The notes: generated by a model from the sequence alone, not told the origin. A DNA stretch of 64,000 bases from Polyangia bacterium (GCA_030430565.1 JAUIKS010000004.1:397992-461991), one strand, 5' to 3'; counted from the stretch's first letter, positions 33,351-45,586 are shown. Program-made: numbers and translations.

Positions 33351-33571
33351 CGGTTTTTATCTCCGGGATATCGTGCGTTCACGTGCGCGCGTAGGCCCAC
33401 GCGCGCGTCACCCCAACAAACAACAGCGAAACAAGGGCGGGCGACGCGAGTTCCGAAGTCTGCCAGACAGACCGGCCACGTGCACGCGAAGCTTTGCGCG
33501 GGCGTACGCGCCCACGACTCGCGGGCGCGCGTTGTCGTCCGCGCGAACACTGGCGCTCGCGCGCGCTCGCG

Positions 33572-34141
33572 TCACCCGAGGCGACGACGGAATTCTTTGA
33601 CCGCGTCGCGACCGAGCGTCCGCGCGATCTGTTCGATCAGGTCGCGCTCCTCGGCGCAGACCGTCTCGCCGATGCCGAGCCCGAGGAGACCGCCAGCGGA
33701 GCGCGCGACCTCGACGCACCAGTCGACGACCTCCTCCGCGCGCTCGCGATCGGAGACGACCTCTTTGAGCAGCGAGAGCGACTCTTTGAGGAACTCCTCG
33801 GAGGGCCGCGACTCGAGCAGGCTCTCGATCACGCGGAACGGCTCGGTGCCGGGCTTGATCCCGCGGCTCTCGAGCAGACGGAAGATCGAGATCCGCTCCT
33901 TGCGCTGGATGGTCCCGTCGGCCCACGCGACGTGCACGAGCGGGAGCACGTCGAAGACGCGCGCTTTCTCGCCGCCGAAGCCGAGCGCCCGGATGCGCTC
34001 GGCGACCTCGGTCGACGAGGGGCGCTGCCCCGCGAGCTCGCCGGCGGCGCTGTTCAGCTTCCGCCGCAGCTTCGCGCGAAGCTCCATCTCCTGGCGCTTG
34101 AAGTAGGCGTCTTCCTCATCCGTCGGGGTGCGAGTGGACAT
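33572..34141 (-). CDS. TerB-like (tellurite-resistance TerB / DjlA-N-type) domain protein
   Basis: Motif HVAWADGTIQRKERISIFRLLE, i.e. the ADGxxxxxE signature, and an all-helical composition. About 220 bp upstream of mvp on the same strand. Confidence 0.45.
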   Translation of the reverse strand: MSTRTPTDEEDAYFKRQEMELRAKLRRKLNSAAGELAGQRPSSTEVAERIRALGFGGEKARVFDVLPLVHVAWADGTIQRKERISIFRLLESRGIKPGTEPFRVIESLLESRPSEEFLKESLSLLKEVVSDRERAEEVVDWCVEVARSAGGLLGLGIGETVCAEERDLIEQIARTLGRDAVKEFRRRLG

Positions 34142-34265
34142 CCAGGCTCCTCAGTAGCGGGGCGACCGTACCAGGCTCACCGGCGACGGTACAACGTCAT
34201 CGACGCGCGACCGGACTCACGCGCGCGCCATCGCGCGCGGCTCGCGTGCTCGGGTCTGTTCGCGC

Positions 34266-35504
34266 TCAGCCGATCGGCTCGGTGCTGGGCTTCCCGCTCG
34301 GCTCGCAGCCCCACTGGAAGTTGTCGAGGAACGCGTAGCTGTCGAGGATTGAGTCGCTGAGATCGAAGATGGCGAAGACGAGCGTGATGCTCTCGCCCGG
34401 CGAGACGCCGGCCGTCGTCGACAGCCAACTCGTGCCGGCGTGCTGGCGCATACAGGTCCCCGCGAACACGTTGAGGTTGCCGCCGCCGTCCTGGAAGTCG
34501 AGGAAGCCCGCGTTGAGCGAGATCGGGTTGCCCTGGTTGTCGAACGAGATGTTGCCGGTCCACAGCTCGGAGGTCAGCCAGCCGATGTACATGTCGTTGA
34601 ACGCCGAGTTCGCGTAGTATGGCCACTCGGTGGTGAAGAACGCGAAGTCGTAGCTGAACGATGTGACATCCGGCGGCACGGCGGCGACGATGCGCAGCTC
34701 GGTGTAGTCGTTGGCTGAGCCGCCCTGGGTGAACTGCCCGTTGATCGTGTTGGAGCAGTCGCCCGTGCCGATCAGGCCCATGTTCTGGGTGCAGTCGCCG
34801 CCGACGTCGTTGGTCATGATCGGGGCGGGGAGCGTGCCGCCGGGGTCGAAGTTGCCGAGGTCGTCGTTGCAGAAGGTCGGGCCGGCGTCGGAGTCGCCGG
34901 GCGGCGTCGGCTGGTCGAGCTCGGCGACGTGCCCGCTCCCGATGACGGCGTACACGGAGCCCTCGCGCGGGTCGAAGGTGTTGCTCCCGCCGAAGCTGCT
35001 GCGCACGCCGATCGCGGCGTTGGAGCCCGAGGTCGAGGTCGTGACCTGGAATTCACCGGGGCAGTTGAGCCCCATCGCGTAGAACGGGTCGAAGGTGCCC
35101 GCGTCGCAGGGCGTGTGGTCGGGGATGGTGCACGAGCAACCCTCGGTGCCGTCGGTGTCGCAGGGGTCGACGCCGGTGGTGCTGCCGCCGATGCTGTCCA
35201 TGCCGTCGTTGACATCGAATTTGATCGTGTCATTGCCCGAGGCGTTGGAGGCGTTGGAGGCGTTGGAGTCGTCGGAGTCGCCGCTCGAATCTGTCCCGCC
35301 GTTCATCTCGGTAGCGACGCCGGTCCCGTCCGATCCGCCGTTGTTCGTCAGCGAGCCGTCCAGGCTCGCGGCGGGGAGCGTGTCGTCGGTGAGCGTGTCA
35401 GTGTCGCCGAGTCCGCCCCCGCACGCCGACGTCGACGCCGCGGAGAGGAGGATCGCGGTGGCGATAGAGCGGTTAACCAATCCGTTGCATGTCCACCGGT
35501 ACAT
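34266..35504 (-). CDS. Secreted lipoprotein with a conserved C-terminal domain also present in the 56420..59260 protein
   Basis: Lipobox STSAC and an S/D/N/G-rich linker. The C-terminal TSFSYDFAFFTTEWPYYANSAFNDMYIGW...NISFD...FDLSDSILDSYAFLDNFQW parallels QSFSFDFNYFSAEYPEYIQQDFNDTFYAIL...NISFD...FDSLALLDNFAF in the other protein. It is possibly a 'choice-of-anchor'-type domain. Confidence 0.6.
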   Translation of the reverse strand: MYRWTCNGLVNRSIATAILLSAASTSACGGGLGDTDTLTDDTLPAASLDGSLTNNGGSDGTGVATEMNGGTDSSGDSDDSNASNASNASGNDTIKFDVNDGMDSIGGSTTGVDPCDTDGTEGCSCTIPDHTPCDAGTFDPFYAMGLNCPGEFQVTTSTSGSNAAIGVRSSFGGSNTFDPREGSVYAVIGSGHVAELDQPTPPGDSDAGPTFCNDDLGNFDPGGTLPAPIMTNDVGGDCTQNMGLIGTGDCSNTINGQFTQGGSANDYTELRIVAAVPPDVTSFSYDFAFFTTEWPYYANSAFNDMYIGWLTSELWTGNISFDNQGNPISLNAGFLDFQDGGGNLNVFAGTCMRQHAGTSWLSTTAGVSPGESITLVFAIFDLSDSILDSYAFLDNFQWGCEPSGKPSTEPIG

Positions 35505-35735
35505 ACAACGACGCTACCCGCACCAGCGTGGGTTTGTGAAGTTGGATCGTGCACCGCGCAGCACAGGTGCGCGAGTGTGTGCGCATGGGCGGTAGCGCTC
35601 GCGCCGTCAGGCAATTAGCGAGGGAACAGGATTCTGTCCGCTGTGCTGGCGACGCGCATCGACGCTCCCTCGTCGGCGCCCGCGCTCGCGGTCAAGGCGC
35701 TCGCCCCAGCGTAGGGAGTAGATCGCGCGCGCGGC

Positions 35736-36230
35736 TCACGGCGTGCACTCGGGCAGCGCGGCGATGCAGGCCATCACCGCCGCGCCGTCGTCGTCGGAGC
35801 AGGTCCCGCCCATCTCGACGCAGCCGAGGATCGCGGTGTTGTACTCGGCTTGGTTCGAGCACACGGCGCTGAGCTCCGCGCACGCCATCTCGCAGGCGAT
35901 CTGCGCGTCGACGTCGATCAGCCCGCAGCTCGCCTGGAGGTTGCACAGCTCCTGGCAGAGCATCTGCGCCTCCATGAGATCGGGGTCCGTGGTCTCACCG
36001 GCGGAGGTCGGCGCGCTGGTCGTGCCGGTGCTCGCGTCGGTGGTCGCGCCCTCGGTGGTCGCGCCCTCGCTCGTGCTCGTGCTCGCGGTCGAGGAGCTCG
36101 AGGCCGCGTCGGTCGAGCTCGTCGTCGTCTCCGTGTCGGATGTGCCCCCGTCGTCGCCCGAGCAGGCGGCGAGCGCGGCGCAGGCGAAGGATATGAGTGC
36201 GCGGGAGAAGGGGTTCAGCAGCTGTGACAT
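35736..36230 (-). CDS. Small Cys-rich secreted lipoprotein
   Basis: Met 36230 followed by lipobox LAACSG, a T/S-rich linker, and a ~90-aa domain with 10 Cys. Confidence 0.5.
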   Translation of the reverse strand: MSQLLNPFSRALISFACAALAACSGDDGGTSDTETTTSSTDAASSSSTASTSTSEGATTEGATTDASTGTTSAPTSAGETTDPDLMEAQMLCQELCNLQASCGLIDVDAQIACEMACAELSAVCSNQAEYNTAILGCVEMGGTCSDDDGAAVMACIAALPECTP

Positions 36231-36727
36231 GGCGGGCTCTCGAGTCGCTTCTTGTTGATGTGTCTTTGTGATCATGTTGCCGAGGCGACGGCGCCAGGAG
36301 CGTGTTCCTAGGGTACTCGCCCCAGGATCGCTTGACGAGGCGGGGCGGCGCGCGCGTTCGACATGCTCTTTCGTACATGCTCATGCCGCGGCGCCGCGGC
36401 GCGACGGCGCGAGGCGAACCGGCCGCGCGGCCGTCTCGCGCCGGTGAAAAATATGTCTTGTGGGACATGTGTTTCTGCACGCGCGTCGCCCGGGCGGCGC
36501 GCAGAGGGGCTCGCGCTTGTTTGTAAGAGCGGGGGCGTTCCGCCGCGCGCTGGGCTCAGCGTTTGATGGCGGGGGAGGACGACCGCGAGGCCGCACGGAG
36601 CCGCTCCGCGAGGCGCTCGCGGTGGTCGAGGCGGAGCGTAACGCGCTGCGGTCGAGCGTCCACGTGGCCCCGTACGGCCACGCTGCGGGCGCGAGCCGTC
36701 GCGGTCGCGGCGAGCCGCGCGAAGGGC

Positions 36728-37000
36728 TCCTTCCTGGCGACGATCAGCCACGAGCTGCGCACGCCGCTGAACGCGATCATCGGCGACGCGGAGCTGGTGA
36801 CGGAGCTGCTGCGAGCGCGCGACAGGGCCGAAGGGGAAGGTGGGGGCGCGTCGTCAAGGTCGCGCGGGTCTCCGCGGACGTCGGGAGGGGCCACGCGCCG
36901 CGGCGCGTCATCGGCTCTCGATGATCGACAACCGCTTGGACCTGTCGAAGATCGAGGCCGGCTCGGCGCGCGTCAGCTATCAGCACGTCACGCGCGAGGC
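36728..37000 (+). pseudogene. Histidine-kinase remnant: a HisKA H-box split over two reading frames with no HATPase domain
   Basis: SFLATISHELRTPLNAIIGDAELV is in the frame of ORF 36563, while the continuation MIDNRLDLSKIEAGSARV is in the frame of ORF 36840. The translation stops soon after. Confidence 0.5.
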
Positions 37001-38245
37001 GCCGCCCGAGCAGCTGGAGCGGAGCCTGCGAGCGAGCGCCGCGCGACCGCGCGGTCCGGGTGCTCTGGGTTCAGCGATCCGTCTGAGCCGCTGACGCGGC
37101 GCGAAGGCGGCGCGCGCGGAGGGGTCTCGACGCGCGCGCTCGAGCGCGGCGAGCAGCGCCGGGAGCTCGACGCCGAAACGAGATGTCACAAGGACCATGT
37201 CGAAGCCGAGCGCGCGATCGCTGCGGAGTCGCGCGGCGACCTGAGGGCGCGCGGACGGGGGACGAACGTCGAGCCTCGCGGGGCGAGTCAGGCGGATCCA
37301 CAGCGCGGGCGCGAGGTACAGCTCGCCGGGGCGCAGCTCGGCGACGCTGGACCAGGGGATGAGGAGCTCGTGTGCGCGCGCGCCTACGACGAGCCCAGCG
37401 GGCGTGAGCAGCAGGGAGCGTGCGCGAAGTGAGCCGCTGAGGACGGCGAGCAGCGCGAGGCCGCCGAGGACGGCGAGCGAGGGCGCGTAGAGCCGCGCGT
37501 CGCTCCACGAGGCGCTCGTGAGCGCGATGAGGCCCGCGAGCCCCATCCACGCGAACGCGATCACGATGAGGTGGTCGGCGCGCGCGTAGAGCCGCCGACC
37601 GCCGAGCAACGACGTGAAGGCCTGGCGGGACGGAGGCCGCGTATAGCGGCGCTTCCGCAGCACGACGGCGAGCGTGACGCCGACGCACGGGAGCAGGAGC
37701 GCGGTTGCGAAGAGCAGCGGCGGGGTCGAGCCGACGGATGGGATCAACGCGAGCGTAGCGAGCAGCGCCGCCGCGCTCACGAGCAGCCGCGTCCAGTCCG
37801 CCGCGCCGGGTCCAGGAAAGGGTCGCGGATCCTCGCGGGGGTATCGGCGGGCGAGCGCCGGCTCGACGCGCGGGATGTAGCGGAGCGCGACGATCGAGCC
37901 CGCGATGACCCCGAACAGGATGAGCGGCGGCGCCACCAAAGGGGCGCCGCGAAGCAGCATGATCAGCGCGAAGCTGTTGAACCCGAGGACCGCGAAGGCG
38001 CCGACGACACCGCTGACGATCAACGCCCGCGAGAGGGCGCCGCGATCGCGGCTGTAGACGGACTGCATCCCGAGGAAGAGGAGCCCGACGGGCGCGAAGC
38101 CGAGCGCGAATGCGGCGCTTCGTCCGAGCGTGGGCTCGGCGAGCTCGGCGAGCGCGATCGGCCCGCCGAGCAGCGTGAGCAGGCACAGGAACGCGGCGAG
38201 CTCACGTTCGAAGCGAAACCGTGGGACCTGCACGCGCGCGGGCAT
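36980..38245 (-). CDS. Polytopic membrane protein of unknown function with a soluble C-terminal domain
   Basis: At least eight hydrophobic helices in the first ~280 aa. Its 3' end overlaps the histidine-kinase remnant on the opposite strand. Confidence 0.45.
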   Translation of the reverse strand: MPARVQVPRFRFERELAAFLCLLTLLGGPIALAELAEPTLGRSAAFALGFAPVGLLFLGMQSVYSRDRGALSRALIVSGVVGAFAVLGFNSFALIMLLRGAPLVAPPLILFGVIAGSIVALRYIPRVEPALARRYPREDPRPFPGPGAADWTRLLVSAAALLATLALIPSVGSTPPLLFATALLLPCVGVTLAVVLRKRRYTRPPSRQAFTSLLGGRRLYARADHLIVIAFAWMGLAGLIALTSASWSDARLYAPSLAVLGGLALLAVLSGSLRARSLLLTPAGLVVGARAHELLIPWSSVAELRPGELYLAPALWIRLTRPARLDVRPPSARPQVAARLRSDRALGFDMVLVTSRFGVELPALLAALERARRDPSARAAFAPRQRLRRIAEPRAPGPRGRAALARRLRSSCSGGASRVTC

Positions 38246-38371
38246 GAAGCTCGAGCAAGGTAGGGACGAAACGCGGGCTCACAACGCCTTGTCGTGCATG
38301 TCGCGCTTCTTGCGCGTGCGATCTCGCGCGATGGCAGGTCGTTCGGGAGCCTGTCGTATCATCGGCGCTCG

Positions 38372-38833
38372 ATGGCGCAGCTCGGCAACATCTTTGACGA
38401 GGCGGAGGCTGCCGCTGGGCGCAGCGCCTCGGGGCCGCGCGGGCGCACGCTGCGAGCGGAGGTGACCGTGCCCGCGAATTCGCTCGGGGATCCCGAGGGC
38501 TTCGTGGTCGAGGTCCCGCTGCAGCTGCCGCACGACGGGGAGGAGGTCGCGCGGACACCCTCGCCCTTCGACGAGGGCGCCGCGATGACGCTGCGCCTGC
38601 CGGAGAGCTTCCCGAGCGGCGGGACGCTGCGCCTGCGAGGGCAGGGCGAGCAGGGCGAGGGCGGGCGCGCGGGCGACCTCCTGCTCACCGTGAAGATCGA
38701 CGCTTCGAACGCGGTCGCGCCCTACCTGCCACCGGGCGCGGTGGCGCGATCGGGCGCGTCGAGCGGGCCAGCGCTCTGGATCGCGCTGGCCGTGATCGCG
38801 GCGGTCGCCGGGTACCTGGCCTTTGGGACCTGA
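38372..38833 (+). CDS. Hypothetical protein with a DnaJ-C-terminal-like beta domain and a C-terminal TM anchor
   Basis: RLRGQGEQGEGGRAGDLLLTVKI resembles the DnaJ/CbpA C-terminal GDLyVxVxV motif. A C-terminal helix ALWIALAVIAAVAGYLAF. Start moved to Met 38372. Confidence 0.35.
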   Translation: MAQLGNIFDEAEAAAGRSASGPRGRTLRAEVTVPANSLGDPEGFVVEVPLQLPHDGEEVARTPSPFDEGAAMTLRLPESFPSGGTLRLRGQGEQGEGGRAGDLLLTVKIDASNAVAPYLPPGAVARSGASSGPALWIALAVIAAVAGYLAFGT

Positions 38834-38850
38834 CTCCCGGGTAGGCCGGA

Positions 38851-39960
<1,110 letters not shown>

Positions 39961-40190
39961 TCGCGTCCTCGCCGTGGTTGGTCACGTGCGCGAACGCGTC
40001 CGTTGAGTCGGCGCGTCCGCAGAGAAGATGCAGATGCGCGAAACTTCACACCTGCGCTCGACGAGCCTAGGCGGCTTGCCGAACGCCGTCAAACAGCGGT
40101 GACTCGATGATCGGCACGATCCGGGAACACCGGCCCGAGGGGCGGCAGCCCCCCGGCTACGCCGCCCCTCGGCCGGTGTGGTTCCTTGAG

Positions 40191-40234
40191 TCGAGTGAAG
40201 TCGAGTGAAGTCGAGTGAAGTCGAGTCAAGTCGA
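40191..40234. repeat. 10-bp tandem repeat (TCGAGTGAAG x3 plus TCGAGTCAAG) between the 40242 lipoprotein gene and the frmA start
   Basis: Read directly from the sequence. The 10-bp period equals one helical turn. Confidence 0.8.
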
Positions 40235-40241
40235 TGGGTCG

Positions 40242-40844
40242 TTAGTCGTCGAGCGGGCAGATCAGCGCCCCGAGGTCCTCGCAGCTGTCGACCCAGTTCG
40301 TCGGGCGCAGGCACTCGGGATCGGGCGACGCGAGGCAGCCCTCAAAGTAGGTCGAGTCGCGGAGCTGGCAGCCGCTCGGCAGGTTCGCCCAGCTGCCGAC
40401 GCTCTCGCCGTCGCCGTGGGCCTGCCGCAGGGCCGCGCGGTCTCCGACGATCGCGAAGTCGAGGTACGCGGTGGCGGTCGAGAAGTCCGCGACCGTCTGG
40501 ATGAGCGCGGGCTCGCCTCGCGCGAGGCTCTCGAGCACGCAGCGCTCGGTCGCGCTGTATTCGACCGCGGAGGCGTCTTGCTGCGCGTTCTCGGGCGCGA
40601 CATCCTCCTCGTCGAGGGGCATCGCGTCGCACGGGACCGGCTGCTCACACTGGAGGAGGTGCGTCGGGTCGAACTCTTCGTCCTCTCCCGCGTCCTCGCC
40701 TCCGGCCGAGTCGGCACCGTCGAACTGCTCGCTGCCGAGGGCGCCCGTGGCCCCGTTGAAGTCACCGGTGTCGAGCGAATCGCACCCCGTGACGGCGGAC
40801 AGCGCGCATGCGAGGAGCAGCGGGATGATGCGTCGGGTGAGCAT
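40242..40844 (-). CDS. Acidic secreted lipoprotein with 8 Cys
   Basis: Internal Met (MLTRRIIPLLLACALSAVTGCD) with a lipobox. The upstream part of ORF 40242..41138 is a shadow extension. Confidence 0.5.
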   Translation of the reverse strand: MLTRRIIPLLLACALSAVTGCDSLDTGDFNGATGALGSEQFDGADSAGGEDAGEDEEFDPTHLLQCEQPVPCDAMPLDEEDVAPENAQQDASAVEYSATERCVLESLARGEPALIQTVADFSTATAYLDFAIVGDRAALRQAHGDGESVGSWANLPSGCQLRDSTYFEGCLASPDPECLRPTNWVDSCEDLGALICPLDD

Positions 40845-41067
40845 GACGCTCCCTGGAGAAGCACGCGGCGTGCTAGCGGGATGATGGGACCATAAAGTGT
40901 TTGTTTTCAGCATCTTATTGATGCGCGCGCGGAGCCGCGCGTCCACGCCACGGGCAGCGGTGTCAGGCCCCTGGCCGGCCTTCGTTACAGCTCCATGACG
41001 CGAATGTCGTGTGTCCAATTCGTAGGCTCCCGTCGCAACCGAGGTTGGGGGCGGCCGACCTCCCGTT

Positions 41068-41985
41068 GTGCCGCGATCTTCCGAGCCGCCTTCACACCCG
41101 TCTCGCCACCCAGCCGAGGAGTTCGCTACTGAGCCCATTTTGGCGCGCTCCCTCGGTCTACCGCTCTCGGCGCGCTACGAGCTCGCGGGCCGCGTGCCCG
41201 CGGCGCCCCGGCTGGCGGTCGTCGGCAGCCGCGCCGCGCGTCGGTCGTTCTGTGATCTCGCCGCGTCGGCCGTCGAGGTGGCCGGCGCGCTCGGCTGGAG
41301 CGTGGTCTCGGGCGGCGCGATCGGGATCGACGCGGCGGTGCATCGGGCGGCGCTCGAGCGCGGGGTCTCGCAGCTGGCGGTGCTGCCCTGCGGTCCTGAC
41401 CGGCCGTACCCGCCGCAACACGAGGGGCTGTTTCGCGGGATCCTGGGCCGTGAGGGCTCTGGGCTGTTGTTCGCGCAGCGCCGCGGGACCGCAGCCGCGC
41501 GGGCGATGTTTGCGAGCAGGAATCGCGTGGTCGTCGGTTTGGCCGACGCCGTGCTCGTCGTCCAGGCGGGCTCGCGGTCGGGCTCGGTCGTCACGGGTCG
41601 GCTCGCGCTGCGTCACCGCGTGCCGCTCGCCGCGGTCTGTGGGTCGCCGGGCTGCGCGATGCTGATCGGTGATGACGCGCGCGCGCTCCCGGGCCCGTCG
41701 CCGATTGGTTTCGTCGCGTCGGGGTCGTCACCGCGCGAGCGTCTGCGTGCGTGGCTGCTGCAGGTTGACCCCAGGGAGCCTGCGAACGCGGAGGAGATCG
41801 ATGCCCTAGCGTGGCCAGATCCCTTGAAGTGGCTAGCGCGGGCGCTGGACCGCGCTGGGCGGGGTGGACTCCGGCTCGACGCGGCCGAGGACCCTGGCGC
41901 GCTGATCGAGGCGATCACCGAGGCGGAGGCCCTGGGGCTGATCATCGAGACCCGCCCAGGGCGATACCGACGCTGTGACGGCTGA
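41068..41985 (+). CDS. dprA: DNA-processing protein DprA (SMF family)
   Basis: Rossmann-like DprA motifs VVGSRAA...VVSGGAIGIDAAVHRAAL and a C-terminal wHTH-like extension. Confidence 0.75.
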   Translation: MPRSSEPPSHPSRHPAEEFATEPILARSLGLPLSARYELAGRVPAAPRLAVVGSRAARRSFCDLAASAVEVAGALGWSVVSGGAIGIDAAVHRAALERGVSQLAVLPCGPDRPYPPQHEGLFRGILGREGSGLLFAQRRGTAAARAMFASRNRVVVGLADAVLVVQAGSRSGSVVTGRLALRHRVPLAAVCGSPGCAMLIGDDARALPGPSPIGFVASGSSPRERLRAWLLQVDPREPANAEEIDALAWPDPLKWLARALDRAGRGGLRLDAAEDPGALIEAITEAEALGLIIETRPGRYRRCDG

Positions 41986-42069
41986 GCGCATCGATGGTTT
42001 GCATCATCGGCGTCGCGTGCGAAGCTCGGCGCGGCTTCGCGAGCGCGAGGCAAGGAGTGAGTTGATCCC

Positions 42070-44010
<1,941 letters not shown>

Positions 44011-44061
44011 CCGTGTGGTCAGAAGCACCGGGGCTCCCTGTGGAGCCCCGGACATCGCGCG

Positions 44062-44553
44062 TTAGCAGCTCGGCTTGCTCATCGACTTGAGCCAGGCCTG
44101 CTCGCGCTCGTGGATCTCCGCGGGCGTCAGCACCTCTTTGTGCGTGGCGATCGCCCAGACATGTCCGAAGGGATCCTTGAGCTTGCCCATGCGGTCGCCC
44201 CAGAACATGTCGGCGACCGGCATCACGACCTCGCAGCCGGCCTTCGCCGCGCGCTCGAACAGCGCGTCGCAGTCGCGGACGTAGACCCAGAGCCCGGCGG
44301 TCGACATGCCGTCGGGGCCTTTCTCCCAGTTGCCCGGCCAGGCGTCGGCGATCATGACGTGGGAATTGCCGAAGCGGAGCATCGCGTGCATGACCCCGTT
44401 CCCGTCGGGGGTCTTGTTGACCTCGCCGACGATCTCGGCTCCGAAGCCGCGCTGGTACAGCTCGATCGCGGCCGCGGCCTCGCCGTTGAACCACAGGTGC
44501 GGCGTGATGGTGTGCATGCCCTCGGGCACGGGTGATGGGGCTGGTGTTGGCAT
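44062..44553 (-). CDS. VOC/glyoxalase-family protein (PhnB-like)
   Basis: ITPHLWFNG...HAML...VMIAD...W...HVWAI pattern typical of PhnB-type VOC proteins. Confidence 0.6.
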   Translation of the reverse strand: MPTPAPSPVPEGMHTITPHLWFNGEAAAAIELYQRGFGAEIVGEVNKTPDGNGVMHAMLRFGNSHVMIADAWPGNWEKGPDGMSTAGLWVYVRDCDALFERAAKAGCEVVMPVADMFWGDRMGKLKDPFGHVWAIATHKEVLTPAEIHEREQAWLKSMSKPSC

Positions 44554-44662
44554 CGTAGGCTCCCCCGCGCGGTTTGGTTGTGATGCGCGGTTTCGCGCGT
44601 TGTACCGCGTACGGAGGGCGCCGACGCGCGCAATCCTGGCGAGATCGTCGTCAGCGCTAGCG

Positions 44663-45586
44663 TTAGCGCGCGGCGGCGGCGTCGAAGGACTGCAGGGCCG
44701 CGCGCGCGACCTCTTCGCCCGCCTCCTGCACGAAGTGACCGGCGTTGGGCAGCATCATCGGCTCGGGGCAGCCGCGGATCGTCTTTCGCAGGACCTTCAT
44801 CGCGGGGGGGCCGAGGACGGGGTCCTGCTCACCCACCGCCATGAAGGTCGGGCCGCTCCACTCGCTCGAGAGCCACGCGGCGGCGCGTCGGGAGATCGCG
44901 GCGCCCGGCATCTCCGGCGTCACGGGGACGAGCTCGGGGAAGCGCTGCACGCCGACCTTGTGACGCGCGTCGGGGAAGGGCGCCTCGTAGGCGGCGGCCT
45001 CCTCGGGCGTGATCCCGGGGACCGAGCGCTTCATCAGGTTGGCGATCGGGAGGTCGGGGTTCGCGGCGTTGTAGGCCTTCCACGCGTTGAAGCCCTCGCC
45101 CGGGCTGACGCCGACGGCGAGCGCCGTGTTCATGACGATCATCCGGCTGAAGCGCTCGGGCATCTCCATGGGCAGCGTGAGGCCGATGAGCCCGCCCCAG
45201 TCCTGACACACCAGGGTGATGTTCTGCAGGTTGAGCTTGGCGATCAGCGTGATGATCGTCTGCCGGTGAAAGTTGAACGTGTAGCGCTCTGGATCCGTGG
45301 GCTTGTCGGAGCGGCCGAAGCCGAAGAAGTCGGGCGCGATCACGCGGTGGCCGGCCGCGAGGAACACCGGGATCATCTTGCGGTAGAGGAACGACCAGGT
45401 CGGCATCCCGTGCAGGCACAAGAAGGTGTGCTCCGCCTTCCGGGGGCCCTCGTCGAGGTAGTGGAGGCGGAGCCCGGAGGGCGCCTCGCCGGAGAACTCG
45501 AGGTAGTGGGGGGCCCAGGGGAAGTCGGGGAGCGCGGCGAAGCGATCCTCCGGCGTACGGAGTTCATCGGGCGAGTGCGTCGTCAT
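44663..45586 (-). CDS. dhlA: Haloalkane dehalogenase (HLD-I, DhlA-like alpha/beta hydrolase)
   Basis: Collinear by eye with Xanthobacter DhlA: FLCLHGMPTWSFLYRKMIPVF...VIAPDFFGFGRSDKP...NITLVCQDWGGLIGLTLPM...NAGHFVQE. The nucleophile DWGG, the two halide-binding Trp positions (W in TWS, W in AWK) and the catalytic His in GHFVQE are all present. Start moved to Met 45586. Confidence 0.8.
   Translation of the reverse strand: MTTHSPDELRTPEDRFAALPDFPWAPHYLEFSGEAPSGLRLHYLDEGPRKAEHTFLCLHGMPTWSFLYRKMIPVFLAAGHRVIAPDFFGFGRSDKPTDPERYTFNFHRQTIITLIAKLNLQNITLVCQDWGGLIGLTLPMEMPERFSRMIVMNTALAVGVSPGEGFNAWKAYNAANPDLPIANLMKRSVPGITPEEAAAYEAPFPDARHKVGVQRFPELVPVTPEMPGAAISRRAAAWLSSEWSGPTFMAVGEQDPVLGPPAMKVLRKTIRGCPEPMMLPNAGHFVQEAGEEVARAALQSFDAAAAR

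Noticed and set aside
30609-34106. Plus-strand ORF of 1165 aa, plus many other 300–1100-aa ORFs on the strands opposite real genes (e.g. 1213..3615, 5526..7334, 7453..8979, 10012..11232, 13627..14871, 15656..16462, 19683..22904, 24903..26114, 27530..28984, 28771..30078, 38887..40110, 42004..43707, 48855..50093, 53257..54957, 53352..54962, 56501..59089, 61419..62879)
   Set aside because: Low-complexity R/A/G/P-rich translations typical of shadow ORFs in 70% GC DNA. Each overlaps a gene with clear family motifs on the other strand.
36556-37432. ORF 36563..37432 as an intact histidine kinase
   Set aside because: Only an H-box is present and the next conserved helix is in another frame. There is no HATPase domain, so it is reported as a pseudogene remnant instead.
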